A stretch of 64,000 nt of DNA from an uncultured Nitrospiraceae bacterium. Its GTDB lineage: Bacteria > Nitrospirota > Thermodesulfovibrionia > Thermodesulfovibrionales > SM23-35. Below the pieces are notes generated by a model. The model was not told where the DNA came from. It saw only the letters and a list, made by a program, of their open reading frames with translations, and searched no databases. The stretch covers positions 672,001-736,000 of the forward strand of contig CAVSHB010000002.1 in NCBI GenBank assembly GCA_963727775.1. Direction: 5' to 3'. The position numbers were made by a program, and so were the translations under genes. Below, piece after piece: positions 61,424 to 64,000 of this stretch (positions are counted from its first letter, which is position 1; each line of letters opens with the position of its first letter).

Positions 61424-62032
61424 TCAGTTTGCACCGGCTTTTCGCAGTAACTCCTGTATTTGAGAATTGAGGAAGGCGTACTTGAGTGCGGTATCTCCCT
61501 TGTTGCTTTTCACATGAACATCAGCGCCTTTTTTTACAAGCAGCTTAACTGCCTCAACCTTCTCGTTCAATGCAGCCAGCATTAAGGCTGTTTCTCCATT
61601 GTTATTCCGGAGGTTCATATCAGCACCTTTCGCAATGAGAAGCTTTGCAGACTCTGTATCACCTTTGAACGAGGCGATCATCAGCGCCGTGTATCCGTCA
61701 TCGTTTTTTGCGTTAATGTCGGCGCCTTTCTCAATGAGGAGCTTTACTGTTTCGCCATTATCATTAACCGCGGCCAGCATCAATGCTGTTTCTCCCTTTT
61801 GCCCTTTAACATTTACGTCCATACCGGCCTTTATGAATAATTCCATTGTTTCCCTGTTGCCGACCCCGGCCCTGCTGAGAAAAGACTCCGCGGAATACGT
61901 TACGCCTTTCTGCTCCAGTTCTTTTCTGTAGTTGTCCTTGCTTTTACAACCTGCAATGAGTACAAGCAGGACAAGAGAGAGAAAGAAGACAAAACGACAA
62001 ATATTGGTAGAAGTTATTTTCCAGTTAGCCAT
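61424..62032 (-). CDS. Ankyrin-repeat lipoprotein
   Basis: Lipobox IAGC; repeated GETALMLAA...GADIN. Confidence 0.9.
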   Translation of the reverse strand: MANWKITSTNICRFVFFLSLVLLVLIAGCKSKDNYRKELEQKGVTYSAESFLSRAGVGNRETMELFIKAGMDVNVKGQKGETALMLAAVNDNGETVKLLIEKGADINAKNDDGYTALMIASFKGDTESAKLLIAKGADMNLRNNNGETALMLAALNEKVEAVKLLVKKGADVHVKSNKGDTALKYAFLNSQIQELLRKAGAN

Positions 62033-62305
62033 AATATTTAGCGCACCAACACCGATAAAACTGGAATATTATAGCAGATATGTAAGTCAGCGGTATGCAA
62101 GAAACAAGATCGATGACAAAAGACATGGCCACTCTCCCGGCGCAAAATAGCCCATCCAGGTCTGAGAAATAAAAAAATGTCAGGTACAGAACAGTGGGCA
62201 TTCAACTAACAATGAGTTACAGGGCACCATATATCCTGCGGAAAAGGGCACTCTACTATGCGGGGGGGCAAGACTGAAATGGATAGGAACTATACCCTCT
62301 CTCTA

Positions 62306-63241
62306 TTAGCCATTTGGCATCTGTCGTAAGCTCGTGATGTCGCGCAATGGCGAGTTGCCAAACAGACGGCTGTACTCTCGGCTGAATTGGGAGGGGCTCT
62401 CATAGCCGACCTGAAACGCTGCGGTTGTCGCATCCTGATTTTCGGCAAGCATCAACCGCCGCGCTTCGCTCAAACGCAACCATTTTTGATATTGCAGTGG
62501 GCTCATGGCCGTCAGCGCCCGGAAATGATGGTGGAAAGTCGATGTACTCATATTGACTTGCGTTGCGAGGTCATCGATACGCAACGGCTGTGTGAAGTTA
62601 CCCTTCAACCAATCGATTGCCCGCGCAATCTGCTGACTCTGACTTCCTGCCGACGCCATCTGGCGCAGACGAGCGCCTTGGTCGCTCACGAGCAAACGGT
62701 AAAAAATTTCCCGCTTGATGATCGGCGCAAGGATCGGAATGTCCTTCTGTTCATCGAGCAAGTCGATCAACCGTTGAAAGGCAGTTATCAGTGGCTGGGT
62801 GACCGCGCCGGTTGCCATTCCACGGCTCGATTGCTGCGGCCGCGGCGGCGGCAGGTTGCTGTCCACCATTAGTTGTGAAATCTCGCGCTGATCGAGTCTC
62901 AAAACGAGCCCCAGGTAAGGCTTTTCCCGGCTGGCATTGATAATCTGTACAACCGTAGGCAGATCCACGGAAGTGATCAAATAATGGTGAGCGTCATACA
63001 CGTACGTATCGTCTCCAAGCAGCACGCGCTTGGCCCCTTGTGCAACCACGCAGATGCGTGGCTCGTACATGATGCTTATCGGCGGGCTCGGTTCGCTCCG
63101 CTGGTGAAGTGCCAAGCCGGGGATTCCCGTCTCATACCGGTCGCCATTGTCAGTCCATCGGGCAATGCTCTCTCCCAACATTTCAAGGGCAACTTCCAAC
63201 CCTTTATTCTCAACCACAGGCTTACTGTCTTGTTTTACCAT
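62306..63241 (-). CDS. AraC-family regulator (YqhC-like)
   Basis: CVVAQGAK, MSPLQYQKWLRL, VGYESPSQFSREY. Confidence 0.93.
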   Translation of the reverse strand: MVKQDSKPVVENKGLEVALEMLGESIARWTDNGDRYETGIPGLALHQRSEPSPPISIMYEPRICVVAQGAKRVLLGDDTYVYDAHHYLITSVDLPTVVQIINASREKPYLGLVLRLDQREISQLMVDSNLPPPRPQQSSRGMATGAVTQPLITAFQRLIDLLDEQKDIPILAPIIKREIFYRLLVSDQGARLRQMASAGSQSQQIARAIDWLKGNFTQPLRIDDLATQVNMSTSTFHHHFRALTAMSPLQYQKWLRLSEARRLMLAENQDATTAAFQVGYESPSQFSREYSRLFGNSPLRDITSLRQMPNG

Positions 63242-63453
63242 TTATATCCTCCTGTTCGTATATTAACAGACTTGAACCCGCTCTACAATATTTATCGCAT
63301 AGTTCGTACGATTAGGCAAGAAATAGACAGGATTGATCTACCTGCCTTTGTACTTTCAGCAGTACAATATAATCATCAATAAGGCGACGAATAGATGTGA
63401 GCAAAGTCTACAAAGTGCTTAAGCTCTAAAAAAATATAGGATAAAAAATTTAG

Positions 63454-64000
<547 letters not shown>

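Noticed and set aside
366..62872. The many short overlapping ORFs of 60-200 aa in the six-frame track
   Set aside because: They lie antisense or out of frame within well-supported genes and show no RBS or motif.

Overview
Bacterial chromosomal window. Gene content suggests an anaerobic Nitrospirota/Desulfobacterota-like organism (inference). 0.3-19 kb: a partly decayed TauE/USP/DUF1634/GntR/PEP-utilizer cluster. It is interrupted by a ~6.3-kb gamma-mobile-trio island (gmtY-gmtZ-gmtX plus two unknown cargo genes, bounded by imperfect inverted repeats), an IS1202-family element with a 15-bp target duplication, and an IS1380-family element with a TTAA duplication. 19-27 kb: a secreted 30-aa-repeat protein, a lipoprotein, and a c-di-AMP riboswitch-controlled kdpABC operon whose KdpD has no histidine-kinase module and no adjacent kdpE. 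27-41 kb: a split three-gene glutamate synthase followed by a NifA-like activator, divergent from a Hyf-like Ehr complex without NiFe-binding cysteines. 41-64 kb: APC permease, Cys-rich hybrid sensor kinase, a glycogen phosphorylase with many active-site substitutions, a ~125-nt structured palindromic element, a NoeA-like gene, a kinase/USP pair, a THUMP methyltransferase, an AT-rich three-gene unknown cassette, ettA, ribF, coaE, an ankyrin lipoprotein, AraC and a partial aldo/keto reductase. No CRISPR array, tRNA or rRNA was seen. All family calls come from motif recognition by eye; no searches were run.
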